DNA of 64,000 nt from Ranitomeya imitator (Eukaryota): NCBI RefSeq assembly GCF_032444005.1, contig NC_091283.1, positions 35,774,001-35,838,000 of the forward strand. Reading direction: 5' to 3'. How positions within the stretch are numbered: the first letter of the stretch is position 1; each line of letters begins with the position of its first letter. Positions 1 through 11,438 of the stretch are shown piece by piece. A program made the translations under genes and the position numbers. Below the pieces are notes generated by a model that was not told the origin of the DNA, ran no database searches, and was given only the letters and a program-made list of their open reading frames with translations.

Positions 1-1320
1 GCATTGTTTTATATATAATATTTATTTTATGATCCGCAGAGTGCAATACTCTTGTAGAACTTCTTATTTTTCTGGCCAGTAGGGGTCGCTGTTGACTCAT
101 TGCCTCACCATTGACAGGTAACGCCTCGGTGCCTCCTGTCCTATCACAATGTGCTGCGGCTTTTAGAGGTTTCACCCTTTTATACACTTTTACAATGTTC
201 AGTTCTTTGCACATTTTTTTGCCCCTCCAGGATGAACGGTTTCTTACAGTGCTTGTTGGCCGGCGCCACCTACGGCCGGCGGCCCGTGATCTGCAGGAGG
301 AATAAATTATGGGTTAACAGTTTACTTGACTGGATCAATAAAAAGGCCAATGATGATGATGACGAGATCTGTGTCTGTGCTGGCGGCGCTCATGTTTTCA
401 TGCATGTGGATTAGGTGGTGTCCGGTTGAGACCGCCCATATTGCTGTCCTAGGAGGCGCGTAATGGAGAGGAAGGCTCCAACTTTACAACAAAAAACAAA
501 AAAAAAAAGTTTTAGGGCGTGAATACTTTTTCAAACTTTGTATTTCTCTGATGCACTGAACCAAGTTTTGCAAATTGTTAAAGAAAACGATGTCCTGCCG
601 TGTTGCGTATGCAGTCCCCATGCAGAGCTATGTGTCTCCGTGGTTACAGACAGTCTGATTCCTCACTCTCGTGATCACATTAACAGGATTAATTTAGAAA
701 TTACAAAGAAATTCTGCGCGTAGTCTGAAACGCATAGATATGCATTGGAGCTGTATACACAAAACGGCAAGTTCTGAATCTTGGCATAGCTCTTCTTTGC
801 CTGCCTTGGGCGGCTCAGTCTAATATAATTTGCGTTTTTATTTTGTTTTTTTTCTCGCCTCCTCCAGACCTCGCTCCCAGCTCTAGTGATCTATAGATGG
901 ATATTGCGCTTGCTCTGGAGTTGCCACGGAGATAAAATGTGTATGCACATCCACTGTATTATGTCCTTGTAAGGGCAAGTCACATGACATGTTGTTTACC
1001 TGTTGAGGCTGCTATGACAACCCCAGAGCAAGCAGGAGTACGTGTGATTTTTGGTGTAAAGTCGGCACAGAAGTGGTGAGGCTTTTGCCCGCTGTTCCTT
1101 GCCGTTCCTGTCCTGTTATTAAGAACCTGTTTTATAGATCTGGTTTCTTGTAGCCTCAAGAGAAGGCCGTCTTGTCGTGGGCTACTGACGTCATTTGTCT
1201 CTTCACTTTCTGCTCTCTGCACATTTTGTATCACTCCACTTTCATTTCTGCCGTCTTCTATCCGTCCTCCGCTCCTTCCTTCCCTCCTTTTCCCTCTTTC
1301 TCTGTCGCTTTATCTCTCAG

Positions 1321-4300
1321 CGGTGTGAATCTCTCCCGAGGACTCATGGCGCAGAGGAACTGCTACAGCCGCCACTCGTGTGTCTCCCCACCGCTTCTCT
1401 CCAGGGCGCCACCTACAGGTACGTGCAGCTCTATGCTCCATTACACCACTCACAAAACGATGAAAGCCTTTAAAAAAAAAAAAAAAAAAAGTTGCACTTC
1501 ATATCTTTGCCTTGAGATGGCGATGTAGAGTATTGTCACAAGTGTCCAAATTAGAGCTAGCATTTTTATTTAACAGCGCACCGTGTGGTCAGCCGTGGTA
1601 CTGCAAGTAAAAAGTTAACATGGGCCGACGTGCCCCTCTGTCCATGTCACCTGGTGTACTACACATACAAAGTGTCAGAATGACAAAGCTTTTCTCCAGG
1701 GGTTCCAGATTTACTGTAGTTTAAAAGTGATTTTTGTTACTAAAATGTTTTGGGGGCTCATGGGACCCTTGTGACCTATTTATTTGGGATTGTCTGGGCT
1801 TAGGGACCCCCGTAATTGTTTTCTTTGCTCTATATTATCTGTATTAAGAGTTGTTATATTTTTCTTCCTGCAGTCGACGATGGAGAAGAGCAGGATGAAG
1901 GCGCTAAAAGGTAAGAGCCGCTCCATGTATTAATCCTATGTGTAACGCAGGGGCAGACGTGAGTGTTGTCTTCAGGCAGACGGCGGCAGCGCTATTATAC
2001 GTCTGTGCGTGTCCTACATCCGTGTCCACTGTTCCTCAGCTTTTATAGCCAATGAGCCGGGAAATCAGGGACCCAGGTGCTGCTCCTTCTAAATTAGGAG
2101 GCAAGTGACACTACTGTAGGGCGCCAATAGTAGTTGTTGGACATATGCTAATCTGTTGGGTGTAAAGCAGAGAAAGAGTTAATGTGTGCTTGGCGGTCTA
2201 TGGCAATTAAGGGTTGATGTCTGTCTGCGTCACCCATAGATCTAGGGCAGCGATAGGTTAACACTACATACTTGGTGTCCAGTGGATAACTAACCCCGCC
2301 AAATTCCAGCATAGTCCCTGTAGCAGAAAGAGTAAGACCCTCATGTGTTCCCTTCTCCCACGGACTGCTTGCCTAGCTCACAGAAACTATTCATGATACC
2401 CTTCCTTCTGAAACAGGCTGCTCGCCATGCCCAACATCTGTCTCACACTGGCAGCTCCTCTCTGCCTCTCGCAGGCTGCTCGCCGTGTCCCTCCTCTCGC
2501 AGGCTGCTCGCCGTGCTCCTCTCTGCCTCTCGCAGGCTGCTTGCCGTGTCCCTCCTCTCTGCCTCTCGCAGGCTGCTCGCCCTGCTCCTCTGCCTCTCGC
2601 AGGCTGCTCGCCGTGTCCCTCCTCTCTGCCTCTCGCAGGCTGCTCGCCCTGCTCCTCTGCCTCTCGCAGGCTGCTCGCCGTGTCCCTCCTCTCTGCCTCT
2701 CGCAGGCTGCTGGCCGTGTCCCTCCTCTCGCAGGCTGCTCGCCGTGCTCCTCTCTGCTTCTTGCAGGCTGCTTGCCGTGTCCCTCCTCTCTGCCTCTCGC
2801 AGGCTGCTTGCCGTGTCCCTCCTCTCTGCTTCTCGCAGGCTGCTCGCCCTGCTCCTCTGCCTCTCGCAGGCTGCTCGCCGTGTCCCTACTCTCTGCCTCT
2901 CGCAGGCTGCTCGCCGTGTCCCTCCTCTCGTAGGCTGCTCGCCGTGCTCCTCTCTGCTTCTCGCAGGCTGCTTGCCGTGTCCCTCCTCTCTGCCTCTCGC
3001 AGGCTGCTTGCCGTGTCCCTCCTCTCTGCCTCTCGCAGGCTGCTCGCCGTGCTCCTCTCTGCTTCTCGCAGGCTGCTCGCCGTGTCCCTCCTCTCTGCCT
3101 CTCGCAGGCTGCTCGCCGTGTCCCTCCTCTCTGCCTCTCGCAGGCTGCTCGCCATGTCCCTTCTCTCTGCCTCTCGCAGGCTGCTCGCCGTGCTCCTCTG
3201 CCTCTCGCAGGCTGCTCGCCGTGTCCCTCCTCTCTGCCTCTCGCAGGCTGCTTGCCGTGTCCCTCCTCTCTGCCTCTCGCAGGCTGCTCGCCGTGTCCCT
3301 CCTCTCTGCCTCTCGCAGGCTGCTCGCCGTGTCCCTCCTCTGCCTCTCACAGGCTGCTCGCCGTGTCCCTCCTCTCTGCCTCTCGCAGGCTGCTCGCCGT
3401 GTCCCTCCTCTCTGCCTCTCGCAGGCTGCTCGCCCTGCTCCTCTGCCTCTCGCAGGCTGCTCGCTGTGTCCCTCCTCTCTGCCTCTCGCAGGCTGCTCGC
3501 CGTGTCCCTCCTCTCTGCCTCGCACAGGCAGTTTCTTACCTGTACTGATCAGAGTGAAGGGACAGACGACTGGGCGGCTACTGAACTTCTACAGGCTGCA
3601 TTCTTTGTTTAGGCAGACAGCTTCATCATTGCTCTACAGGTCCTTCTAAAAAAATTAGCATATAGTGTTAAATTTCATTATTTACCATAATGTAATGATT
3701 ACAATTAAACTTTCATATATTATAGATTCATTATCCACCAACTGAAATTTGTCAGGTCTTTTATTGTTTTAATACTGATGATTTTGGCATACAACTCCTG
3801 ATAACCCAAAAAACCTGTCTCAATAAATTAGCATATTTCACCCATCCAATCAAATAAAAGTGTTTTTTAATATCAAACAAAAAAACCAACAAATAATAAT
3901 GTTCAGTTATGCACTCAATACTTGGTCGGGAATCCTTTGGCAGAAATGACTGCTTCAATGCGGCGTGGCATGGAGGTAATCAGCCTGTGACACTGCTGAG
4001 ATGTTATGGAGGCCCAGGATGCTTCAATAGCGGCCTTAAGCTCATCCAGAGTGTTGGGTCTTGCGTCTCTCAACTTTCTCTTCACAATATCCCACAGATT
4101 CTCTATGGGGTTCAGGTCAGGAGAGTTGGCAGGCCAATTGAGCACAGTAATACCATGGTCAGTAAACCATTTACCAGTGGTTTTGGCACTGTGAGCAGGT
4201 GCCAGGTCGTGCTGAAAAATGAAATCTTCATCTCCATAAAGCATTTCAGCCGATGGAAGCATGAAGTGCTCCAAAATCTCCTGATAGCTAGCTGCATTGA

Positions 4301-7300
4301 CCCTGCCCTTGATGAAACACAGTGGACCAACACCAGCAGCTGACATGGCACCCCACACCATCACTGACTGTGGGTACTTGACACTGGACTTCAGGCATTT
4401 TGGCATTTCCTTCTCCCCAGTCTTCCTCCAGACTCTGGCACCTTGATTTCCGAATGACATGCAAAATTTGCTTTCATCAGAAAAAAGTACTTGGGACCAC
4501 TTAGCAACAGTCCAGTGCTGCTTCTCTGTAGCCCAGGTCAGGCGCCTCTGCCGCTGTTTATGGTTCAAAAGTGGCTTTGCCTGGGGAATGCGGCACCTGT
4601 AGCCCATTTCCTGCACACGCCTGTGCACGGTGGCTCTGGATGTTTCCACACCAGACTCAGTCCACTGCTTCCTCAGGTTCCCCAAGGTCTGGAATCGGTC
4701 CTTCTCCACAATCTTCCTCAGGGTCCGGTCTCCTCTTCTCGTTGTACAGCGTTTTCTGCCACATTGTTTCCTTCCAACAGACTTACCATTGAGGTGCCTT
4801 GATACAGCACTCTGGGAACAGCCTATTTGTTGAGAAATTTCTTTCTGGGTCTTACCCTCTTGCTTGAGGGTGTCAATGATGGCCTTCTTGACATCTGTCA
4901 GGTCGCTAGTCTTACCCATGATGGGGGTTTTGAGTAATGAACCAGGCAGGGAGTTTATAAAAGCCTCAGGTATCTTTTGCATGTGTTTAGAGTTAATGAG
5001 TTGATTCAGAAGATTAGGGTAATAGGTCGTTTAGAGAACCTTTTCTTGATATGCTAATTTATTGAGACAGGTTTTTTGGGTTATCAGGAGTTGTATGCCA
5101 AAATCATCAGTATTAAAACAATAAAAGACCTGACAAATTTCAGTTGGTGGATAATGAATCTATAATATATGAAAGTTTAATTGTAATCATTACATTATGG
5201 TAAATAATGAAATTTAACACTATATGCTAATTTTTTGAGAAGGACCTGTACCTGGTAAATAAAGGGGTTGTCCGGCCATGGGCTACAAATCACCACTAGA
5301 GGGAGCTCTCTGCATACAGATGTATGCAACCACCATTGAAGGAGCTCTTTTAATACAGATTTATACAGCCACTACTAGGGGAGCTCATTATATACAGATT
5401 TATACAGCCACCACTAGGGGAGCTCATTATATACAGATTTATACAGCCACCACTAGGGGAGCTCATTATATACAGATTTATACAGCCACCACTAGAGGAG
5501 CTCATTACATACAGATTTATACAGCCACCACTAGAGGGAGCTCACTGTATACAGATTTATACAGCTACCACTAGGGGAGCTCATTACATACAGATTTATA
5601 CAGCCACCACTAGGGGGAGCTCACTGAATACAGATTTATACAGCCACCACCAGGGGGAGCTCACTGAATACAGATTTATACAGCCACCAGTAGGGGAGCT
5701 CATTATATACAGATTTATACAGCCACCACTAGGGGAGCTCACTGTATACAGATTTATACAGCCACCACTAGGGGAGCTCATTACATACAGATTTATACAG
5801 CCACCACTAGGGGGAGCTCACTGAATACAGATTTATACAGCCACCACCAGGGGAGCTCATTACATACAGATTTATACAGCCACCACTAGAGGGAGCTCAC
5901 TGAATACAGATTTATACAGCCACCAGTAGGGGAGCTCATTATATACAGATTTATACAGCCACCACTAGGGGAGCTCATTACATACAGATTTATACAGCCA
6001 CCACTAGAGGAGCTCATTACATACAGATTTATACAGCCATCACTAGGGGAGCTCATTACATACAGATTTATACAGCCACCACTAGAGGAGCTCATTACAT
6101 ACAGATTTATACAGCCACCACTAGAGGGAGCTCACTGTATACAGATTTATACAGCTACCACTAGGGGAGCTCATTACATACAGATTTATACAGCCACCAC
6201 TAGGGGGAGCTCACTGAATACAGATTTATACAGCCACCACCAGGGGGAGCTCACTGAATACAGATTTATACAGCCACCAGTAGGGGAGCTCATTATATAC
6301 AGATTTATACAGCCACCACTAGGGGAGCTCACTGTATACAGATTTATACAGCCACCACTAGGGGAGCTCATTACATACAGATTTATACAGCCACCACTAG
6401 AGGGAGCTCACTGTATACAGATTTATACAGCCACCACCAGGGGGAGCTCACTGAATACAGATTTATACAGCCACCACCGGGGGGAGCTCACTGAATACAG
6501 ATTTATACAGCCACCAGTAGGGGAGCTCATTATATACAGATTTATACAGCCACCACTAGAGGGAGCTCATTATATACAGATTTATACAGCCACCACTAGG
6601 GGAGCTCATTACATACAGATTTATACAGCCACCACTAGAGGGAGCTCACTGAATACAGATTTATACAGCCACCACCGGGGGGAGCTCATTATATACAGAT
6701 TTATACAGCCACCACTAGGGGAGCTCATTATATACAGATTTATACAGCCACCACTAGGGGAGCTCATTATATACAGATTTATACAGCCACCACTAGAGGG
6801 AGCTCATTATATACAGATTTATACAGCCACCACTAGGGGAGCTCATTACATACAGATTTATACAGCCACCACTAGAGGGAGCTCACTGAATACAGATTTA
6901 TACAGCCACCACCGGGGGGAGCTCATTATATACAGATTTATACAGCCACCACCGGGGGGAGCTCACTGAATACAGATTTATACTGCCACCACTAGGGGAG
7001 CTCATTATATACAGATTTATACAGCCACCACTAGGGGAGCTCATTATATACAGATTTATACAGCCACCACTAGGGGGAGCTCACTGAATACAGATTTATA
7101 CAGCCACCACTAGGGGAGCTCATTACATACAGATTTATACAGCCACCACTAGAGGGAGCTCACTGTATACAGATTTATACAGCCACCACCAGGGGGGGCT
7201 CACTGAATACAGATTTATACAGCCACCACCGGGGGGAGCTCACTGAATACAGATTTATACAGCCACCAGTAGGGGAGCTCATTATATACAGATTTATACA

Positions 7301-8756
7301 GCCACCACTAGGGGAGCTCACTGTATACAGATTTATACAGCCACCACTAGGGGAGCTCATTACATACAGATTTATACAGCCACCACTAGAGGGAGCTCAC
7401 TGAATACAGATTTATACAGCCACCAATAGGGGGAGCTCATTATATACAGATTTATACAGCCACCACTAGGGGAGCTCATTATATACAGATTTATACAGCC
7501 ACCACTAGGGGGAGCTCACTGAATACAGATTTATACAGCCACCACTAGGGGAGCTCATTACATACAGATTTATACAGCCACCACTAGGGGAGCTCATTAT
7601 ATACAGATTTATACAGCCACCACTAGGGGAGCTCATTATATACAGATTTATACAGCCACCACTAGGGGGAGCTCACTGAATACAGATTTATACAGCCACC
7701 ACCGGGGGGAGCTCACTGAATACAGATTTATACAGCCACCACTAGGGGAGCTCATTACATACAGATTTATACAGCCACCACCAGGGGGAGCTCACTGAAT
7801 ACAGATTTATACAGCCACCACCGGGGGGAGCTCACTGAATACAGATTTATACAGCCACCAGTAGGGGAGCTCATTATATACAGATTTATACAGCCACCAC
7901 TAGGGGAGCTTATTATATACAGATTTATACAGCCACCACTAGGGGAGCTCATTATATACAGATCTATACAGCCACCACTAGGGGAGCTCATTATATACAG
8001 ATTTATACAGCCACCACTAGGGGAGCTTATTATATACAGATTTATACAGCCACCACTAGGGGAGCTCATTATATACAGATTTATACAGCCACCACTAGGG
8101 GAGCTCATTACATACAGATTTATACAGCCACCACCAGGGGGAGCTCACTGAATACAGATTTATACAGCCACCACCAGGGGGAGCTCACTGAATACAGATT
8201 TATACAGCCACCACCAGGGGGAGCTTACTATATACAGATTTATACAGCTCTCAATGATTTCAATGAAGCCTGTATGCGTATCTAATTGCACAGATCTCAG
8301 CAGAGAACTAAGATACTAGACATTGGTTTTCACACTTCTGGTGTACAGTATGGGGGGTGCAGTATTATAACAAGGCAATAGGAAAATCCAAAGACTCTCT
8401 ACCTCCCTGTAGTCTGTTTTGGGACTCTGTAGGTGTTGGGGTGTTAATTTCGGAATAAATTAATGTTTTCTTTCCCCATCATCACAAACAGGGGTAACAC
8501 AATTGTGGCCGGAGAAGCCCACCATAATGGGAATGTTCATCCCAAGAACAATCTGCAAAAACCAACGTTGTTCAGCACCCAGCCCCCAGGAGGAATTAAA
8601 AGTCCAGTTATAAGCGAGGAACAGAATAAACCCTGCCGCCTGGACCATTTCACGGCTCCTTGGTTAGACACTCCTTCATGGACTGTGCTGGGAACAGTAA
8701 GGAACGCACAGTGGGTGAAGCGGAAGCAGGAGCTGCGCGGGACACGTCCGTGGTGA
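1321..8756 (+). CDS. ATAT1: Alpha-tubulin N-acetyltransferase 1, 3' part (last three coding exons; 5' exons not identified or upstream of window)
   Basis: Exons 1321-1418 (GVNLSRGLMAQRNCYSRHSCVSPPLLSRAPPT), 1874-1910 (VDDGEEQDEGAKR) and 8492-8756 (GNTIV...SWTVLGTVRNAQWVKRKQELRGTRPW*) have AG/GT boundaries and compatible phases (2/1, 1/2, 2/stop). They match the human ATAT1 C-terminus as I recall it (GLVAQSCCYSRH...; ...RSTRPW*) and lie next to C6orf136, as in human. Confidence 0.88.
2455..3529. repeat. GC-rich minisatellite, ~36-bp unit (gcctctcgcaggctgctcgccgtgtccctcctctct), ~30 units
   Basis: Directly visible tandem units with 28-36 bp length variants, inside the last ATAT1 intron. Confidence 0.95.
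3637..5248 (-). mobile_element. Full-length Tc1-family DNA transposon (IR/DR type), 1612 bp
   Basis: 200-bp TIRs at 3637-3836 and 5049-5248 (caggtccttct...), near-identical. TA TSDs at 3635-36 and 5249-50. Direct repeat aaattagcatat at the outer and inner end of each TIR. Confidence 0.97.
3915..4919 (-). CDS. Tc1 DD34E transposase, uninterrupted, 334 aa
   Basis: MGKTSDLTDVKK...; N-terminal HTH; GRKR motif; FSDESKF, FQHDLAPAH and SPDLNPIENLW, with 34 residues between the second D and the E. Confidence 0.95.
   Translation of the reverse strand: MGKTSDLTDVKKAIIDTLKQEGKTQKEISQQIGCSQSAVSRHLNGKSVGRKQCGRKRCTTRRGDRTLRKIVEKDRFQTLGNLRKQWTESGVETSRATVHRRVQEMGYRCRIPQAKPLLNHKQRQRRLTWATEKQHWTVAKWSQVLFSDESKFCMSFGNQGARVWRKTGEKEMPKCLKSSVKYPQSVMVWGAMSAAGVGPLCFIKGRVNAASYQEILEHFMLPSAEMLYGDEDFIFQHDLAPAHSAKTTGKWFTDHGITVLNWPANSPDLNPIENLWDIVKRKLRDARPNTLDELKAAIEASWASITSQQCHRLITSMPRRIEAVISAKGFPTKY
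5291..8248. repeat. Minisatellite, ~39-bp unit (tatacagatttatacagccaccactagggg(g)agctcat), ~75 units, CTCF-like core
   Basis: Tandem units visible. Larger blocks recur (e.g. 5596-5781, 6186-6371 and 7175-7360 give near-identical translations). Confidence 0.95.
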
Positions 8757-8826
8757 CGCAGGACACAGCAGAGGATGACACTCAGCACTGACACTTTTTT
8801 ATTATAAATTTGTTTTATAGCAGGGT

Positions 8827-8832
8827 AATAAA
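8827..8832 (+). terminator. AATAAA polyadenylation signal of ATAT1
   Basis: AATAAA about 70 nt after the TGA at 8754-8756. Confidence 0.6.
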
Positions 8833-9339
8833 ATACATTATATATACAGAGTCTCCAATATTCTGCCAGAGGTTGGAGAAAGTCTGTGCACAGCAGCTCC
8901 CCCTAGTGGCGACTGCAGGCAGATGGAGTTTTATTATTTAAAGGGATAGGTAGGGGTATAAACTGGACTATGTGAGGTCCCTTGTGCTGATGTGGTGGTT
9001 GGCTTTTCGGGCCATATGCTCTGCTGTAATTTGTGCTACAGCGCTCTGATCGAGGCTACAGTACCATATATCCTGACATCGGCACTTTCTATAAGTGAGC
9101 TCCGCTCCTGAGCCTGCTCTCCACACCCACATGTTATGTACATGTCAGAAAAGGGTTAAAGCCTTATGCACATGGTGGCCTAAAAATTCTGTTTTGTATG
9201 ATGCCAATATACGGACATTTACAAGACGTGTATGCTTTTGTTCTTCACGCCGCACCCTACGCAGCACAGAGGTAGGGAGCTCGCTATTGGTTATACTATC
9301 GTCATTTACTAACGTGGAGCACAGCTAATTGACTGACCC

Positions 9340-10032
9340 AAGCCGGCGTTCACACACTGCCATTACGGTATATTTATTTTAAATCCTTCTGCAGCAAAAG
9401 AAGACGCTGCAGCCGCAACATGTGAACACATCCAAAGACCATCTAGATTACCGCTCGATCACATGAGCATATAACAAGGCCGAGCGCTGAAATTTTATCC
9501 GACAGCACTCGGACCAGTGTTACCCTATGTGGCGATTCAGCGTGATAAATAAATCACAGCGTGCCGCGAGCGGCTCCATAAATCAGATCTCTCACACACC
9601 CATACAAGTCTATGGTGTGTGTGAAACATCGGACTGCACTCAGATGTCATTCAAGTGCAGTCCGATGTGCACACGCTGAGAAAATTGAGAATTTTAAGTT
9701 CTCCATCTTCGCACCTGTGATCCAATTTTGTCAGGCGACAGAATCCGATCACACCAAGCTCATTAGCATAGTCGTCCGGATCCTCTCGCATGAGATAATC
9801 GACGGCCGTGTGACCCTGGCCTTAGGCCGGAGTCGCACTAAATGTATGAAAAATCTGTCCAACTCTCCCTGCTGAGAGTCGCACGAGTGTCATGTGAGTG
9901 CAATCCGATTTTTTTTTTTTTTCCACACCTAGCATCTGATTTACATCCGATTGCAATGCGATTTTAATATGAGCTTTTACATAGAGCAGTTCTGTCATTT
10001 ACACATCGTTTTCATAGGAAATATTCTTCAAA

Positions 10033-10067
<35 letters not shown>

Positions 10068-10836
10068 CACCGTATATATAGAATAAAAGCCAGCAATTTA
10101 TGTGCCACGTACAGTAATATCACAGATTGACAGGTTAGAATAGATATATACGCATAGAATACATAAATATATAGATGTCAGTGACAAAGCTGCACATGTA
10201 TTTAATAAAAGATTATGTTTTGGAAAAACATGACGTACAATTTCGTAACCAGCAGAGGGAAAGCCGATGACTGGTTACTGATGTTTATAGCCTGGGAAGG
10301 GGGTAATGCCCATGGAGCTTCCCAGGCTATTAATATCAGCTCACAACTGTATACTTAGCCTTTCCTGGCTATTAAAATGGGGGACCCTAAAAGAAAGACA
10401 CGTAGGGTCCCCCTATAATTAACAACCAGCAAAGGCTATACAGATAGCTGTGGCTGATATCGATAGCCTAGGAAGGGGCCATGGATACTGTCCCCTCCCC
10501 CAGGTATTTGTCACTGACATCTGTGTACCTACCTATTCTATGTGTATTTACTATATGTAATCCCTCTCTTCTATCCTGCTGTGAGTTTACACTACGCGGC
10601 TGCTGAATTGCTGACTTTTCTTCTATGTATCTAACTATGTAATATATATATATATATACATATGTGTGTGTATGTCACTGACATCTATATGTATTCTATG
10701 TGTATACTATTCTAACCTATCAGTCTGATTTTATTGTATGCGGCAGATGAATTGTTGGCTTTTTTTCTGGTGCGTAAAAATCGGGACAGCACTCGTGTGG
10801 GCAGGGTCCATTTACGGTAGCGTGACCCCGGCCTTA
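9340..10836. mobile_element. Cluster of nested fold-back MITEs
   Basis: TIR-like ends (e.g. ggccggagtcgcact at ~9827, gtgaccccggcc at ~10823), internal inverted segments and (TA)n runs. Boundaries approximate. Confidence 0.55.
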
Positions 10837-11438
10837 TTCCTAAACTCTCAGCTCACGTCTGATTGGTCCATGTGCGCCGCTGACTGAACGCTGAGAGCAC
10901 CCGGCTCTGTTATATTCCCCGGAACATGACTTGTTTATTGGAAAAATTTCCAGCATGCCCCATTGTGGTCTGTTTTATGCATGAAATATGTGACGGCGGC
11001 TCCAGCTCCATGTTCTTGGCTTGTTTTTCCCACGGGTCGTCTATACCCGGCCTCAGCCTCATTGGATTATTTATTTTTTGCTATTATCTTATCGGTGACT
11101 CCTCTTCCTTTGAAATGCGAAGAATAATCCTCCCAGCCGGACCCCAGGTGCAGAGATGTCCTATGCAAACAAGAAGGGTCTCTGAGATCCCACCATCAAA
11201 GGAAGCCATGATGAGTTCCCAGGAGTCGGGAGTCACCACTGCACCAGGAACAATGACACAACCTGCCCCTAAATTCCTGCATGGACATGGAAATGAGGAT
11301 TTTATTCTGTCTTCTCATTGTTATGGGAGGTCACAGCCCAGGTGGCACCACAAGGCCCAGATGGTTGTAGCCCCCACTAATGTCCTATCTGCCCGCCCAC
11401 TACTGCCATCAGGATGGAGTCTGTGCCCGTCCTGTCCT

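Noticed and set aside
80-117. Possible small ATAT1 exon (AG at 78-79 or 81-82, GT at 118)
   Set aside because: The longer version has stops in all frames, and the shorter one (GSLLTHCLTID) has no similarity to ATAT1 that I can recognise.
2345-3649. Long overlapping ORFs (434, 375 and 360 aa)
   Set aside because: Translations of a stop-free 36-bp minisatellite inside an ATAT1 intron; periodic peptides open in several frames and on both strands.
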